64,000 bases of DNA from the IMG/VR virus record IMGVR_UViG_3300025401_000012; one strand, written 5' to 3'. Positions within the stretch are counted from its first letter, which is position 1. Each line of letters starts with the position of its first letter. Source of the stretch: a virus. Lineage: Duplodnaviria > Caudoviricetes. Position numbers and translations under genes: made by a program. The notes beneath the pieces are model-generated. The model ran no database searches, was not told where the DNA came from, and saw only the letters and a list, made by a program, of their open reading frames with translations. Below are positions 44,053 through 59,500 of the stretch, piece by piece.

Positions 44053-47000
44053 ATGAGCTCAACGGATCGACAAAATAATTTGCTAATCGCTGAAGATTGG
44101 CATAAAATTTATCAGTCATTTAAGAACGCAAACTTTCAAAGTTACGATTTTGATAACTTGCGTCGTACAATGATTGATTATATCCGTACAAATTTTCCTG
44201 AAGATTTCAACGATTATATTGAGTCAAGCGAGTACTTGGCCCTTATCGACCTTATTGCATATATTGGTCAAAGCATAGCTTTCCGTGTTGATTTAAACGC
44301 TCGTGAAAACTTTTTAGAGCTAGCAGAACGTCGTGATAGTGTTCTACGCCTGGCACGTATGGTCAGTTATAATGCTAGCAGAACAGTTTCTGCTAGAGGG
44401 TTATTAAAATTTAATACTGTACAAACTACTGAATCTGTTTTAGACAGTAACGGCAGAAATTTAGCGAGCCAGTTTATAACTTGGAACGATCCTAGTAATG
44501 TTAACTGGTATGATCAATTTATTAAAGTGGTTAACGCTGCACTGCCCCAAACACAGCAATTTGGAAATCCTGTCGATCAAGCTACTATCTATAATATTCC
44601 TACAGCTCAGTATAGATTTAATGCCAATAATAACGATGTGCCAATTTACTTTTTTAGTAAAACTATTGCAGGTCGTAGTATGAACTTTGAAATTACAAGC
44701 ACTACTTTCAAAGGAAAAAGCTATGTTTACGAAGAGGCACCAAAAATTGCAAATCAAATAGCCTGCATTTATAGTGATGATGGATATGGTGCTAGTAGTC
44801 CAGGTACTGGTTTCTTTTTTAATTTTACCCAAGGTACACTAAATCAAGGTACATTCACTGTTTCTCAACCTACAACAAATCAAACAATAGATATTAATAC
44901 ACAAAATATTAACAATACTGATGTTTGGTTGTATGGATTAAATCAAAGTACAGGGTTAGAAAGTACATTATGGTCACAAGTACCTTCTACTACCGGCAAT
45001 AATATTATCTATAATAGTTTAAATTCTAATATTAAAGACATTTATAGTGTTATTACCCGAGCTAGTGATGCTATTACATTATCATTCAGCGACGGCACTT
45101 TTGGTAATTTGCCAATAGGCGATTTTAGAGTTTATTATAGAGTAAGTAATGGATTGAGTTATACAATCAATCCTGCAGATATTATCAACGTAGTTGTTAA
45201 TATTCCGTATATTAGTGCATCTGGTAAACAAGAAACGTTAAGTATTGGTCTTAATCTTGCAACAAGTGTAACCAATGCATCGACATCAGAATCTAATGCT
45301 AGTGTTAAAACAAATGCTCCACAAACATACTATACACAAAATCGTATGGTTACCGGAGAAGATTATAACATCAGCCCATTAAGTGCTAATTTACAAATTG
45401 CCAAAGTAAAATCTATTAATAGAACCAGTAGTGGTATAAGCCGATATTTTGATCTTATTGATCCTACTGGAAAATATAGTTCTACAACTTTATATGCAAA
45501 TGACGGATTAGTTTATCAAGACATTTATACATCATCTGTTAATTTTACATATGTGACCCAAACTGATATCGAAGGTGTCATCTATAATACATTGTATGAT
45601 ATTTTGAATAGTGCGGATTTAAAGAATTTTTATTATTCAAACTTTTTAGATTATTTAAGTGTCAGTCTTAATGTTGCATGGTATACTGTAACAACAGATA
45701 GTAATTCTGTTAGTGGATACATCGGTAGTATTTTAGATAGAACACCTTACAAGGTCGGTTCTTATACTTCTACAGATTTACAATATGTTACTCCTGGCGC
45801 ATTAATTAAATTTACAGCCCCAACAGGATATTATTTTAATCCTAATGCAACACCAACAACATTGGCTGCTATTCCTACTTCTGGAATACCATATGGTGGG
45901 ACAACTTACTTATGGGCATCTGTGGTAAGTGTAGTGAATGATGGAACTGGAAACGGTCTAGGAACAGTTACAATTAATAATGTTACTAGCGGTGCTATTG
46001 TATTAGATAAAGTTATACCTGATGTAACAATAAATGGTATAGTACATGCACCCACAGCTACGCAGATTATTCCTAAATTTGTAACAACACTAACACCATC
46101 TGTTATAACTACAATGATTGATTTGGTGTTTGCTAATGATAATTTTGGATTAAGATACGATATTGCTACACAAAGTTGGCAAATTATTTTTACAACTAAT
46201 TTAAATACAACTAATGTTTTTAATTTAGCAAATCAAGGAAGCCAGGCAAATTTACAATTAGATTCTAGTTGGTTAATTTTGTTTACCACTAATACAGAAA
46301 CATATACAATTACTTCACGCAAATTGCGATATGTATTTGAAAGTGATCAAGAAGTAACATTTTATTTTGATAGTAGTTCAAATATATATGATTCAGTATC
46401 ATCGCAGACTATTGTTGATACAATTAGTGTTTTAAGCATAAATCAACAACCTTATCCTGCGTCCACTCCGTTTACACAAGATTTAGTTTGGCAAATATCA
46501 TCAGAATATTTTGGTCAAGATGGCTATATCGATCCTAAAAAATTAGTAATTACATTCTTAGATTCAAACGGGACTGGTATTGCTGATAATCCACAATTAT
46601 TTTTAGATATTGTTAATCCTAGTAGTTCGACTTATATTGTTGAACAACTTTATAAAATATCTGAAGGACAAGAGGATTACAAATATGTTGCTAACGATCC
46701 TGTAACTGGACCTGTAATAATTGTTGCAAATCAAGCAGCAATTGGTTCATTATCAAATTATGCAAACGGATCTTATTTCTATGTTATTGATACAGATACT
46801 GTTTATCAATCAGATTTAACAATAGGACAATTACTTCCTAGTTTAAATTACAAAGTTTATATTGGTAGATCTAATTTAAAATTTCAATACAAACATAGTG
46901 CAGATTACGATTCAAGAATAGATCCAGGTACAAGTAATATTATTGACATTTATGTCTTAACAACTAGTTACGATACTGCATATCGTACTTGGGTTACATC

Positions 47001-47550
47001 TGGCGGAACAGAACCACTTCCTCCTAGTAGTACTGAATTGACCACTTTACTATCTTCTAATTTAAATTTAATAAAAACAGTTTCTGATGAAATTGTTTAT
47101 CATCCAGTTAGTTACACACTATTGTTTGGAGCACAAGCTGATCCAAATTTACAAGCTACATTCAATGTAATGATTAATCCAAATAGTGCAGTTTCAACAG
47201 CGGATGTCCAAGCACGAATACTAATAGCTATTAATACATTTTTCAATTTAGAAAATTGGAATTTTGGAGATACCTTTTATTTTACAGAATTGAGTACTTA
47301 CGTTATGAATGAATTGTCACCCGACATTATAAATTTTGCAATAGTTCCTAAACAACCAGGTTTATATTTTGGTAGTTTATTTGAAATACAATGTCCTGGA
47401 GACCGTATATTATTAAGTTGTGCTACTACAGCCGACATTGCAATTGTTAGTGGATTTACAAGTAGTAATTTAAAAACAATTACAGCTACAACCACAAGTG
47501 TTACTACTAATCAGGTAATAACAAGTTCAGTATTTGGAGGTAAAGCCTAA
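44053..47550 (+). CDS. gp6: Baseplate wedge subunit, gp6-like (1165 aa)
   Basis: DFDNLRRTMIDYIRTNFPEDFNDYIESSE...LIDLIAY...ENFLELAERRDSVLRLARMVSY; QNRMVTGEDY. Confidence 0.92.
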   Translation: MSSTDRQNNLLIAEDWHKIYQSFKNANFQSYDFDNLRRTMIDYIRTNFPEDFNDYIESSEYLALIDLIAYIGQSIAFRVDLNARENFLELAERRDSVLRLARMVSYNASRTVSARGLLKFNTVQTTESVLDSNGRNLASQFITWNDPSNVNWYDQFIKVVNAALPQTQQFGNPVDQATIYNIPTAQYRFNANNNDVPIYFFSKTIAGRSMNFEITSTTFKGKSYVYEEAPKIANQIACIYSDDGYGASSPGTGFFFNFTQGTLNQGTFTVSQPTTNQTIDINTQNINNTDVWLYGLNQSTGLESTLWSQVPSTTGNNIIYNSLNSNIKDIYSVITRASDAITLSFSDGTFGNLPIGDFRVYYRVSNGLSYTINPADIINVVVNIPYISASGKQETLSIGLNLATSVTNASTSESNASVKTNAPQTYYTQNRMVTGEDYNISPLSANLQIAKVKSINRTSSGISRYFDLIDPTGKYSSTTLYANDGLVYQDIYTSSVNFTYVTQTDIEGVIYNTLYDILNSADLKNFYYSNFLDYLSVSLNVAWYTVTTDSNSVSGYIGSILDRTPYKVGSYTSTDLQYVTPGALIKFTAPTGYYFNPNATPTTLAAIPTSGIPYGGTTYLWASVVSVVNDGTGNGLGTVTINNVTSGAIVLDKVIPDVTINGIVHAPTATQIIPKFVTTLTPSVITTMIDLVFANDNFGLRYDIATQSWQIIFTTNLNTTNVFNLANQGSQANLQLDSSWLILFTTNTETYTITSRKLRYVFESDQEVTFYFDSSSNIYDSVSSQTIVDTISVLSINQQPYPASTPFTQDLVWQISSEYFGQDGYIDPKKLVITFLDSNGTGIADNPQLFLDIVNPSSSTYIVEQLYKISEGQEDYKYVANDPVTGPVIIVANQAAIGSLSNYANGSYFYVIDTDTVYQSDLTIGQLLPSLNYKVYIGRSNLKFQYKHSADYDSRIDPGTSNIIDIYVLTTSYDTAYRTWVTSGGTEPLPPSSTELTTLLSSNLNLIKTVSDEIVYHPVSYTLLFGAQADPNLQATFNVMINPNSAVSTADVQARILIAINTFFNLENWNFGDTFYFTELSTYVMNELSPDIINFAIVPKQPGLYFGSLFEIQCPGDRILLSCATTADIAIVSGFTSSNLKTITATTTSVTTNQVITSSVFGGKA

Positions 47551-50500
47551 TGGCTAATAGTAATGATGCTAACGCTGTTAATGGAAATAAAGGTCTTAGT
47601 GCAAATCTTTTACCAAAATTTTATCAAACTTCTGCTAACAAAAAGTTTTTACAGTCGACAATTGATCAATTATTCCAATCGGGATCGTTAACAAAAATTA
47701 GCGGTCTTATTGGAAGAGAAAATGCAAAAGCATCTACAGGTGCAGATGTGTATGTTGAAGCAGCAGATCAAGTAAGACAAAATTATCAACTAGAGCCTGG
47801 AATTACAATTAAGGATGCATTGGGCAATGTAACTTTTTATAAAGACTACATTGATTATATCAATCAGATAGGAGTATTTGGAGGGAATACTGACAATCAC
47901 CCTCGGTTAAACAAAGAAGAATTTTATAGTTGGAATCCACATATAGATTGGGATAAATTTGTTAATTTTCAGAATTATTATTGGTTGCCTTACGGGCCAG
48001 ACGCAATAACTGTTTACGGTTCTCAACAGGCAATCAACAGTACATATACTGTAGAATTGCAAGCAGAAGGATCAAATAATCAATATGTGTTCACACCTAA
48101 TGGGTTCACACCTAACCCAGTTCTAAGATTATACAGAGGACAAACATACACATTTATTATTAATAGTCCAGGCAATCCTTTTAGTTTCATGACTCAAAGA
48201 TCTACAGGTTCTTTGAACAGATATAAAACTACAGGTATTGATAATTACGGAGTTACATCGGGTACAATAACATTTACAGTTCCAACAACAGCACCTAGTA
48301 TAATATATTATCAAAGCGAAACAGATTTAAATCTAGGCGGTGCAATTGAAATATTTAATATAACAACTGATACATTAATTGATGTTGAAAAAGTTATCTT
48401 AGGTAAAAAATCTGTTACTTTAGATAATGGTGTTACACTAAGCAATGGAATGAAATTACAATTTGGTGGCACTGTTATTCCTGCAGAATATGCTAAAGGA
48501 CAGTATTACGTTGAAGGTGTAGGATCTTCGATTAAATTAGTATTAACTTCTATTCTTGAAGTAGTAAGTCCTTATACTACAGAGCAATCTATCGAATTTG
48601 ATAATTTACCTTGGGATTCAGAGCCATTTGATGATGCAGTTGGTTATGCAGGATCTCTGGATTATATTACGATTAATCGAGCCAGTGCAGACCATAATCC
48701 ATGGTCTAGATATAATCGTTGGTTCCATAAAGATGTTATTAACACTAGTGCTGCATTTAATAAAAATACAGCAAATCTTGATCAAAAAACTAGAGCTAAT
48801 AGACCTATCATAGAATTTAACAGGGATATCAAATTATATAATTTTGGCAATAAAGCTATTTTTGACGTTGATTTAATTGATACTTTCACAACCGATGTGT
48901 TCTCGACAATTGAAGGTAGTATTGGATACAATATAGATGGTATAAATCTAGTACCTGGTATGCTTGTATTATTCACAGCAGATCTAGATCCTCTAGTAAA
49001 AAATAAAATTTATCGAGTAGAGTATGTCGATGTTAAACACTTAACTGGCGGAAGTAATCAACTGCATTTAGTTGAAGTAGCATCTCCTTTGTTAAATGAA
49101 GTTACATTAGTAAAACAAGGTGTAGCATATCAGAGTCAGATGTTTTGGTATGACGGTACAACATGGATACAAGGACAACAAAAAACTAAAGTTAATCAGA
49201 ATCCTTTGTTTGATGTAGTTGATAATAATGGTATAAGTTTTGGCAACAAGTCAGTTTATACCGGTAGTACTTTTGCCGGTACTAGTATTTTTTCTTATGC
49301 AATAGGTACCGGTGTAGCAGATTCTGTTTTAGGATTTCCATTATCTTATCAAAATGTAAACAATATAGGTGATATTGTCTTTAATTTTAATCTAGTAACA
49401 GACAGTTTTCAATATAAAAAATTAGATTTTGTTGAATCTTCTAATATAAATGTCGGATACTTGTCTACTTTAGATTATGCAGGAAACATTGTGTATGTAA
49501 ATGGTTGGAAAGTTAGCGAAGTTACTAATGCTCAGGCCGCAGTACGAATCTACAAAAATTCAGGTCTTACTAATAATTTTCCACTTGATATATTTGACAA
49601 TATTAAGAATTTAAACGATTTAGTTGTTAAAATTTATGTTAATGGAATTAGATTAGATCCAAGTTTATGGAAACTAGTGACCAAACCGATTTACTATCAA
49701 ATTCGATTAAAAACTCCGATTGCTAGTACAGATGTATTAACTATTAGAGCGTTTGCATCACAACCAATTAATGCAAATGGCTACTATGAAATACCTTTAA
49801 ATTTACAAAACAATCCATTAAATGACACAATGAAAGATTTCACATTAGGTGAAGTAATCGATCATGTAACTAGTATTGTTGATAATTTGACAACATTTAA
49901 AGGATCATTTCCAGGATCAAGTAATCTAAGGGATCTAGGAGAAATCGCACAGTACGGAACTAAATTTATTCAACATAGTGGTCCATTAAGTCTTGGAATT
50001 TATCATATCACATCAGAAGTTAATAATGTGATTAAGGCTGTAGAACAAGCTAAAACTGATTATAATAATTTTAAACAAAATTTTATAAATGTTGCTAATT
50101 CTCTAGGAGTTGACGGTGATACGATTACTATTGTTAACAAAGTATTAGCAAAAATTAATGAAAATAAACCAACAGTTGCACCTTATTACCTTAGTGATAT
50201 GGTACCATATGGTGCTTGTACAATAACTAATCTTACAGTTGTAGACTATAGAATTAAAAATTATCCATTAACTTCTGTGTTTACATTGGAAGCATTGAGT
50301 AATAAAGCTGTAGGAGTTTACCATAACAATGAACAATTAATTTATGGTCAAGATTATACTTTTAGCAACCAAGGATTTGTAATAATAGATCCAAGTGTTG
50401 CTTTGGCAAACGGCGATATTATCAGTACCTACGAGTATGAAAATACAGATGGGTCTTTTATTCCAGCAACTCCTACTAAGTTAGGTATGTGGCCTGCATT

Positions 50501-53500
50501 TGCACCAAAAAAATATTTAGATACTACATTAGTAAATCCAGTGAATGTAATTCAAGGACACGATGGTAGTATTATTGCTGCTTACAATGATTATCGAGAC
50601 GATTTAATTTTAGAACTTGAAAAAAGAATTTTTAATAACATAAAAGTAAAATATAATACTAACATATTTGATATAGCAAAAATAATTCCTAGTTATAATA
50701 GATCTAACGACTATTCTTTAAATGAATTTAATAAAGTTATAGCTCCTAGTTTTTATTCTTGGATTGGATTTGTTGGAAAAGATCTAACAACTCCGTTAAA
50801 TTATGATAGAACTAATAGTTTTACATACAATTATTCTTTAAATGCTGCGCCTAATAATACACCGTTGCCAGGTTATTGGAGAGGAATATATCGTTATATT
50901 TTAGATACTGATCGACCTAACTTATGTCCTTGGGAAATGTTAGGATTTAGCCAACAGCCTAGTTGGTGGACAACGGTATATGGCCCAGCACCATATACTA
51001 GTGATAATTTAATAATGTGGCAAGATATTACCGACGGTATGATCCGTGAGCCAGGCATGCCTGCAATTTATGCAGAAGAATATGCTAAACCATTTTTAAT
51101 GCAACACATCCCTGTCGATGAATCAGGAAATTTAATTAGTCCATTGAATTCTGGATTGGCTTCTGGAACAGTACAGCCTAGTATCAATAATAACTTTGTG
51201 TTTGGCGACGGTAGTCCTGTAGAAACCGCATGGGTTAGAAGTAGTTATTATTCATTTAGTGTAATTGCTGCTAGTTTAATTCTTACACCTGGACAAACTT
51301 TTGGTATCTTATTAGATAGATCAAGAATAACTCGAAACATTGCAAATCAGTTAATTTATACTGAAACCGGATTGTGTATTAGACCTAAAGATATTATTTT
51401 ACCCAGCACATTCTCTAGTACCAATCGTGTGCAGACCGCAGGCTTAGTCAATTGGATTGTTGATTTAATTTTTAATTATATCTTTAGTAATAATGTTGCT
51501 GGGTATAATTCTTATCTAAATGATTTGTCCACGATGACACCTCAATTAGCATATAGGGTTGGATCATTTACAAATCAATCGCAATTTAATTTATTATTAG
51601 AGTCAAAGACACCTGCAAGTTCTGGAAATGTTTTTGTTCCAACCGACGATTATAAAGTTTTTTTAAACAAGTCAACAACTGTAAAAAAATTAGTATATAG
51701 TGGTGTAATTATTACAAAATTATCAACTGGATTTGAAATTAAAGGTTATAGCAAAACACAACCTTATTTTAATTACTATTTTCCACAAGGTACAGGCAGT
51801 AAAATTAATGTTGGGGGAATCTCAGAAAACTACTCAACTTGGACCTCAGGACAATTATACGTGGTTGGTAGTGTAATTCAATATAACGGGGTATTCTACA
51901 GAGCTACAACAACTTCTACATCTACCGATTCATTTGATGCAAATAATTTTGCAAAGTTAAGTGGACTTCCGATGACTGGAGGAGCCACAGCATACTTAAA
52001 AAATAAATGGGATAAGTCTAAAGTATTATCAGTTCCATACGGAACATTGTTTAATACAATACAAAGTGTAGTAGATTTCTTACAAGGATACGGAGAGTAT
52101 TTAAAAGATCAAGGATTTACATTTGACAATTATAATACGTTGTATAGTTCTGTTAATAATTGGGATACTAGTGTAAACGAGTTTTTATTTTGGACTACGC
52201 AAAATTGGAGTACTGGACAAGAAAAATGGAGTGACTGGGTCGTAAATCAACCATATACATACGGTACTGTTGTAAGATATGATGGTGATTACTATAGTTC
52301 ACTTTACAATTTGCCAGCCGTTGATCATTTTGATAGTACTAAATGGCAATTGTTGCCGGGTTTAAGTAATGTTGGTGCTAGTGTTATTAGTTTAAGTCCA
52401 AGTGCAAATGGTATTAATTTTACTACCAACTTAACAGTTGTTGATGATATTACTAATAATTTTAATGCTTATGAAATTTTTAAAGTAGATGGCACTCCTA
52501 TTGATTTAAATCATCTACATAGCTATAGACAAGGCAACGAAATAACTTATATACCTACGACCCTGCAGGGAATTTATGGTGCAAGTTTTTATCTAGTTCA
52601 AAATGAACATATAATTGTAATCAATAATACTACAATTTTTAATGATATTATCTATAACCCTACTAGCGGTTATCGAAGAGAAAGATTAAAAGTAAGCGGA
52701 TATATTACTACAGGTTGGTACGGTGGCTTAGACATTCCAGGATTTATCTATGATGCTGCGGCAGTACAATCTTGGCAACCATGGCAAGATTATAATGTAG
52801 GTGACATTGTTAAATATGGCCCTTATTATCTACAAGCTGACCCTACAAGCGGAAATTTAATTGCAGGGTCTGCTGTACTCGATCATACCCAGTGGACACG
52901 ATTGTCTGCTAAACCAACTGACAAAATATTACCAAATTGGACTAATATTGCAACTCAATTTACAGATTTTTATAGCACAGAAGTAGATAGTTTTGATAAC
53001 GGCCAACAAAAAATGGCACAACACTTAATAGGGTATCAGAAACGTCAGTACCTTGAAAACATTATTCAAGATGATGTAAGTGAATTTAAATTCTATCAAG
53101 GTATGATCCGTGAGAAAGGAACACAAAACGTATTGAACAAGTTGTTTAATGTTTTAAGTTCGGATGCACAAGAAAGTTTAACATTTTACGAAGAGTGGGC
53201 AGTACGTGTTGGACGTTATGGTGCGACATCTGCATTTGACGAAATAGAAATTGTATTAAATCAGAATTCATTTAAAAATAATCCTCAAGGATTTGTATTA
53301 GTTAATAAACTAGACTCTACAATAAGTCCTTTTATTATTCAACAAACTCCTAACGACATTTATGTAGCACCATTAGGCTATGACAGTAATCCTTTCTTAC
53401 CGCTTGCGGCAACTAATCAATTTTTAAGAAGTTCTGGGTATGTTAATTCTAACGATGTAACTATAAGCATTTATTCTTTAGATGCATTGAAATCTCAACC

Positions 53501-56500
53501 AGCTATTAATTTAACCCCAGGAGTTGGTTACACAATTTTAACACTTGGAACGACTGATTTTACCCTTGCAGGCGCATTGAGCAATACGGTAGGCACTTCG
53601 TTTGTGGCAACGGCTACGGGCAATGGTACGGGCACTGTAAAAGTTGACATAACAACTTTCAAAGAAGGTTCGTATGTCTGGTGTTCTTTTGATAGCTTTA
53701 AAGGATGGGATGTTTATAGATTTACAAATTTACATGTAAGATTTAAATCAGCCTCAATATCAAACAACATATTGACAATTACTTCTTATGATCTTATAAC
53801 TTTTAAAGCTGGATCATATATTGGTATACTACAGTCTACATTATTAAATGGATTTTATCAAGTAGAAACTGTTAATTTAAATACATTCACAGTGTCTACA
53901 AGCCTGGCAAGCCTGCCGTCAGATTTTACTGAATTATTAATTTATGGACTTGTTAGTCAACGAGCTAGTTCTATTGATAATATCACAGGTATGCTGTCAT
54001 CTAATTTAAAAAATAAAGATCTTATTTGGACAGATGATGCTGGTACAGGAACTCCGGCAGCTTGGATTTATAATTCTGTCTTTACACAAAGCATAGTTAA
54101 TAACAATATTCAATCGACTAATTTACAATTTGGTAGATCGGTAGCTATTAACACACAAGGAAATATTGCAGCTGTTGGAATGACATCTGGTCAAATAAGT
54201 ACCTACGATAAAGTTGGATCTGCTGTATCTTGGATACAGCGACAATTGGTCCCAACACCATTTACTGCTCAAAGTTCAGCAAATCCTATTAGTTCTATAG
54301 CTACTACTATTGCTATTAGTCCCGACGGCACATATATGGCATCTGGATCTCCAGCAGCAACTTATGCATCGACTTTGTATGTTGGTGCGTATAACGTGGG
54401 CAATACTTATACAGTTAATCAAATAGTATCTTATATGAATAATTTCTATAAGGCTATCGTTGCTGTTCCTTCAGGAGCTATACCTAGTCTAACTTCAAGT
54501 TATTGGAACAGTATTTCTTATATTCCTATAAGTTTAGCAGGATCTAATATTGCTGTTTCTGGGTTAGTATCATTGTACAAGAAAGATTCTAATAACATAT
54601 ATCAGTTAATAGATACAATTATTAGTCCATCGGCTACATTGTCAGTGGCATCAACTGAAAATTTTGGTTCTTCTTTAGTATTTGATAGCAACAATAATCT
54701 TTATATTTCTGCTCCCGGGTATGACTCTGCAAAAGGTCGAGTATACTCGTTGAGTTATGCATCTAGCACACCAATAATTTCATATTATGATAGTGTGGGA
54801 AGTTCTGGAGCATTATTAAATTTAAATTCAACATTTGGTATTCAATCTGGAATGTCAGTATCGGGAATTGGCTTTGCAACAAATCAAACAGTAGCGGCTG
54901 TATTAACACAAATTACATTCAACTCTGTTGCTAATGTTCCAAATTATATTTTAAATTCTTTAGGTGTTGCAGTAAGTCTTTCAAATATTACAGCTGGATT
55001 GAATGTTTCTGGTTCTCAGGTATTGCCAGGAGTAACAGTATATTCAACAGGAACAAACCCGATAATTATTAATGTATTATCGGTAACACCAAGTAGTCCT
55101 AGCATTGGATTTGTTACTATAAACTTTACCCAACAATCCGCTGCTCCTTTCTTAGTTGGAGATCAGATATCGATATCTGGAGTTTCAATATCTGGGTACA
55201 ATGGATCTTATACAGTAACTGATGTTGGCAAAAATTATGTAACATACGCAAATATTACAACAGGAGTAGCCACAGCAAATACTGGTTCTGTACAATCAAC
55301 TGTAAATTATGTATTAGTTGCAGGGCCTGAAGATTCTATTTCGACAATTTCTTCAGTATCATTTATTATTAGTATAACTGGAGTATTCCCTTCAGTACCA
55401 GGTGCAGGGCTTGTTACAATAACATTTAATAAATTACCTGCGGTTCCTTTTAAAACTGGAAATCAAATTATAGTTTCAGGTGTATCAGTTGCAGGGTTTA
55501 ATGGTACATTTACCGTAGTTACATCTACAACAACATCTGTAACTTTTTATAATAATACAACAACAACATCTGCAACTGGCGGAACAATAGCAGATCCAAC
55601 ATTACAATTCAATGTTAGAACAATTTCAAGTCCGAGTATTGTATTGCTATCAGCGGCTCCTGATTCCACTCCTGCTGGCCCGATACAGTTTACAACTATT
55701 AGTTGGAGATATAGTTCTTTAATTACTTCTCCTGCATTATCTTCTAATAATGCGTTTGGTAATACAATAACAGTAAGCCGTGACGGATCTACATTTTTAG
55801 CATCTTCTAAAAATAATGTATATGTTTATAAAAACACAGGCTTGGGCTCACAATTACTATCTACTATACCAGTAACTAGTACATCTCTTACTGTTTCCGA
55901 TACTGGAACTTATTTTGCAATTGGAAGTTTTAAAACAATTACTGAAAAAACATCTCCTTCTGCAACAATTAATGTTATGTCAAATATTGGACAAGTGAAT
56001 CTTTATCAATATAATGACATTACTAATCAATATTCAGTAATACAAACAATAACAGATACCGCTTCTAGTTCTAACGGCTCTAATTTTGCAAATAAACTAG
56101 CATTTATGAATGATACTAGTACTTTGGTAATTTATAGTCAAACAGGTTCTCCAGTAACCCAAACAACAATAGATGCTGAATCTGGTTTTGAAACAACATT
56201 TGACGAAAGAGCTACAAGATTTATTTCACAAGACATCAGCGGCGGCAAAGTTGATATATACGACAACTATAATACTCAATGGGTATTGAGCGAATCACTA
56301 TTAAATTCTGAAAATGTGTGGGATGGTTACGGTATAGGATTTGCAGTTGGATCTAATAATGTTTTTGTAAGTTCTCCTTATTACGCTATCAATAATAATT
56401 TAACTGGACAAGTATATGTTTATACTAAACCACCTAAGTCATATAGTTGGACACCTTATAGAACACAAATTCCAGTAGTAGATATTAAAAAATTAAAGAA

Positions 56501-59500
56501 AGCATTTTTATATAATAAAACTACTAGTAAGTTATTGACTTATCTAGATGTTATTGATCCAATACAAGGAAAAATTGCCGGGCCAGCTGACGAAGAAATA
56601 AAATATAAATCATTTTATGATCCAGCGATATATTCTTATTCAACTAATGTTGATACCGTAAATGTTGATGATGGTGTGTGTTGGTCTACTAACCAAGTTG
56701 GTCAATTATGGTGGGATTTACGAACATCTAAATTTTATGACCCTTATTTTTCAGATGTAACTTACAGAAACAATTTATGGAATACACTTGCACCTGGCGC
56801 AAGTGTAGATATCTATGAATGGGTATCTAGTTCATTATTACCAGCAGCTTGGGATGCATTGGCTGATACAGTATCGGGAATTGCACAAGGTATCAGCGGA
56901 ACATCTCTTTACGGCAATAATGCATACAGCGTTAGAAAACGTTATGATACTAATACTAAAACATTTAAAAATACATATTATTACTGGGTTAAAAATAAAT
57001 CTATAACACCGGATATAATAGGAAGAAACATTTCAGCTCAAGCTGTTTCAAGTTTAATTTCTTCTCCAAGAAATCAAGCATATACATATCTAGCATTGAC
57101 AGGAACCAATTCTTTTAGTTTAGTAAACGCTGCACCGTATTTGTCAGATTCTAATGTAGTGTTAGTTATTGAATACTGGACTGTAGATAATATTGAACAA
57201 AATATTCACTCTCAATGGAAATTAATTAGTAACGATACTATTGTTGATATTCCTGCGGTAATAGAACAAAAATGGATTGATAGTTTATGCGGAACTGATG
57301 CATCAGGCAGATCTGTACCTGATACATCGTTAGCTCCTAAATTGCGTTATGGTATTGAAAATCGTCCACGTCAAAGTATGTTTGTTAACCGTGTAGAAGC
57401 ACTAAAAGAATTTGTAGAACAAGTTAATATTAGTTTGTTGGCAAATCAAATAGTTAACAACTATAATATTAGTTCTTTAGAATCTTACGATAAAGAACCT
57501 ACACTAATATCAGCACTATATGATATTGTGCTAGATACAGATACTGAATTACCATATGCTAATATAAATTTATTCCAAAGTCCTAGTGCAACACCTATAA
57601 TAACTAACGGAAAAGTAACAGGAATTAAAATATTATCAACAGGCAGAGGATATAGTGTAGCACCTTATATTGAAATTGTTGGCACTGGTAAAGGTGCTAT
57701 TGCAAAAGCAATTCTTAACTCTGCGGGAAGTATAGTCTCGGCACAAGTAATAAGTGCAGGAGAAGGTTATGACCCAAATACTACTACCTGCTCTATTAGA
57801 AACTATTCAGTATTAGTGCATAGTGATAGCCAAGCAAGTAATAGTTGGAGTATATATTCGTACGATCCTGTTAATATTATGTGGTCTAGGACATTAACAC
57901 AGTCTTACGATGTAAGAAATTATTGGAGTTACGCTGACTGGTATGCTAGCGGATACAATCAATTTAGTTCCCCTGATTTTTCAGTTCAAACATTTTTTGA
58001 TTTAAACTCAATAACTGTTTTAAAAGGCCAATTGGTAAAAATTCTTAAGGTAAATTCAGGTGGTTGGTTATTGATAGAAAAATATGCTGATAGTACTAGT
58101 ACAGATTGGACACAAAGTTATAATGTAGTTGGTATACAGAACGGAACTATACAATTGAGTAATAGTTTATATCGTACTGAATTTACTGCTGTAGGATACG
58201 ATGCTAGTACATTTGATAACGGATCTTTTGATGTTAAAGCTAGTACCGAATTAAGAATAATTCTTAACACATTAAAAAATAATATTTTTATTGGTCCTGA
58301 TCTTAAACAAACATATTTAGATTTATTTTTTAGTAGTATAAGATATGCGCATAGTGAACAGTTATATATTGATTGGATCTTTAAGACAAGTTTTGTTAGG
58401 GCAACACACAATGTTGGATCTTTAAGCCAACCAGTATACTATCCAGTAGATAATCTAAGTAATTTCCAAGATTATATTGCAGAAGTTAAGCCTTATAGAA
58501 CTAAAATAAGAGAGTATATTAGTCAGTATGTTAGCACAGATTTAGGCCCAACAGCAGTATCAGATTTTGATTTACCACCAGTTATACAAAATAATCGATC
58601 CACTACTATAAACACGGGTGTTACAAATGGATCTGTAACAGCAGACTTGCCAGCTATCCAATCTTATCCTTGGAAATTTTGGTTAGATAATGTTGGGTTT
58701 AGTATAACTGAATTAATAATTGTGTCTGGCGGTAATAATTATATTACGCAACCGACAGTGATTATCAGTGCGCCAACCGGCCCTAACCCTGTGCAGGCCA
58801 CAGCTGAAGCTTTTTTCACTAATGGCGTTATAAATCGTGTCATATTAACATCCCCAGGTAGTGGGTATTTGTCAGCTCCTACTATAGAAATTGTTGGTGG
58901 ATTGTCTACCACGGGTACAGCTGCATCAGTAGTTGCTATTATAGGTGAAAGTGTAGTACGATCGAGCTTAGTTGGAATTAAATTTGATAGAATTTCTCAA
59001 AAAAATTATATCGTTGATTTGTCTGTTACGGACACGTTTACTGGTTCAGGCTCTCGTTTACAATTTCCGTTGACATGGGCACCTGATATTCGAGTAGGCC
59101 AATCTACAATTTATATAAATGGAATTCCTGAATTAAGAGAAAATTATACATTAGCAATAGCTAAATCGACATTAAAAGGTTATACTCAGTATTCAGGAAC
59201 TATAACTTTTGTATCTGCTCCTCCTATCGGTGCAACTATAGTTGTTAATTATATAAAAGATATTTCAATGTTAAATGCTACAGATAGAATTGATTTTTAT
59301 TATAATCCTACTAGCGGTATGATAGGTAAAGAATTAAATCAATTAATGTCTGGTGTAGATTACGGAGGAAATATTGTTGGTAATTTAGGATTCGCACCTG
59401 GCGGTGGATGGGGTGTATTGCCTTATATGGTAGATACTTGGAGTTCTTACGATAGTACATATACAGATTACATCGTTCAAGTTGCAGCGAATACTCATAG

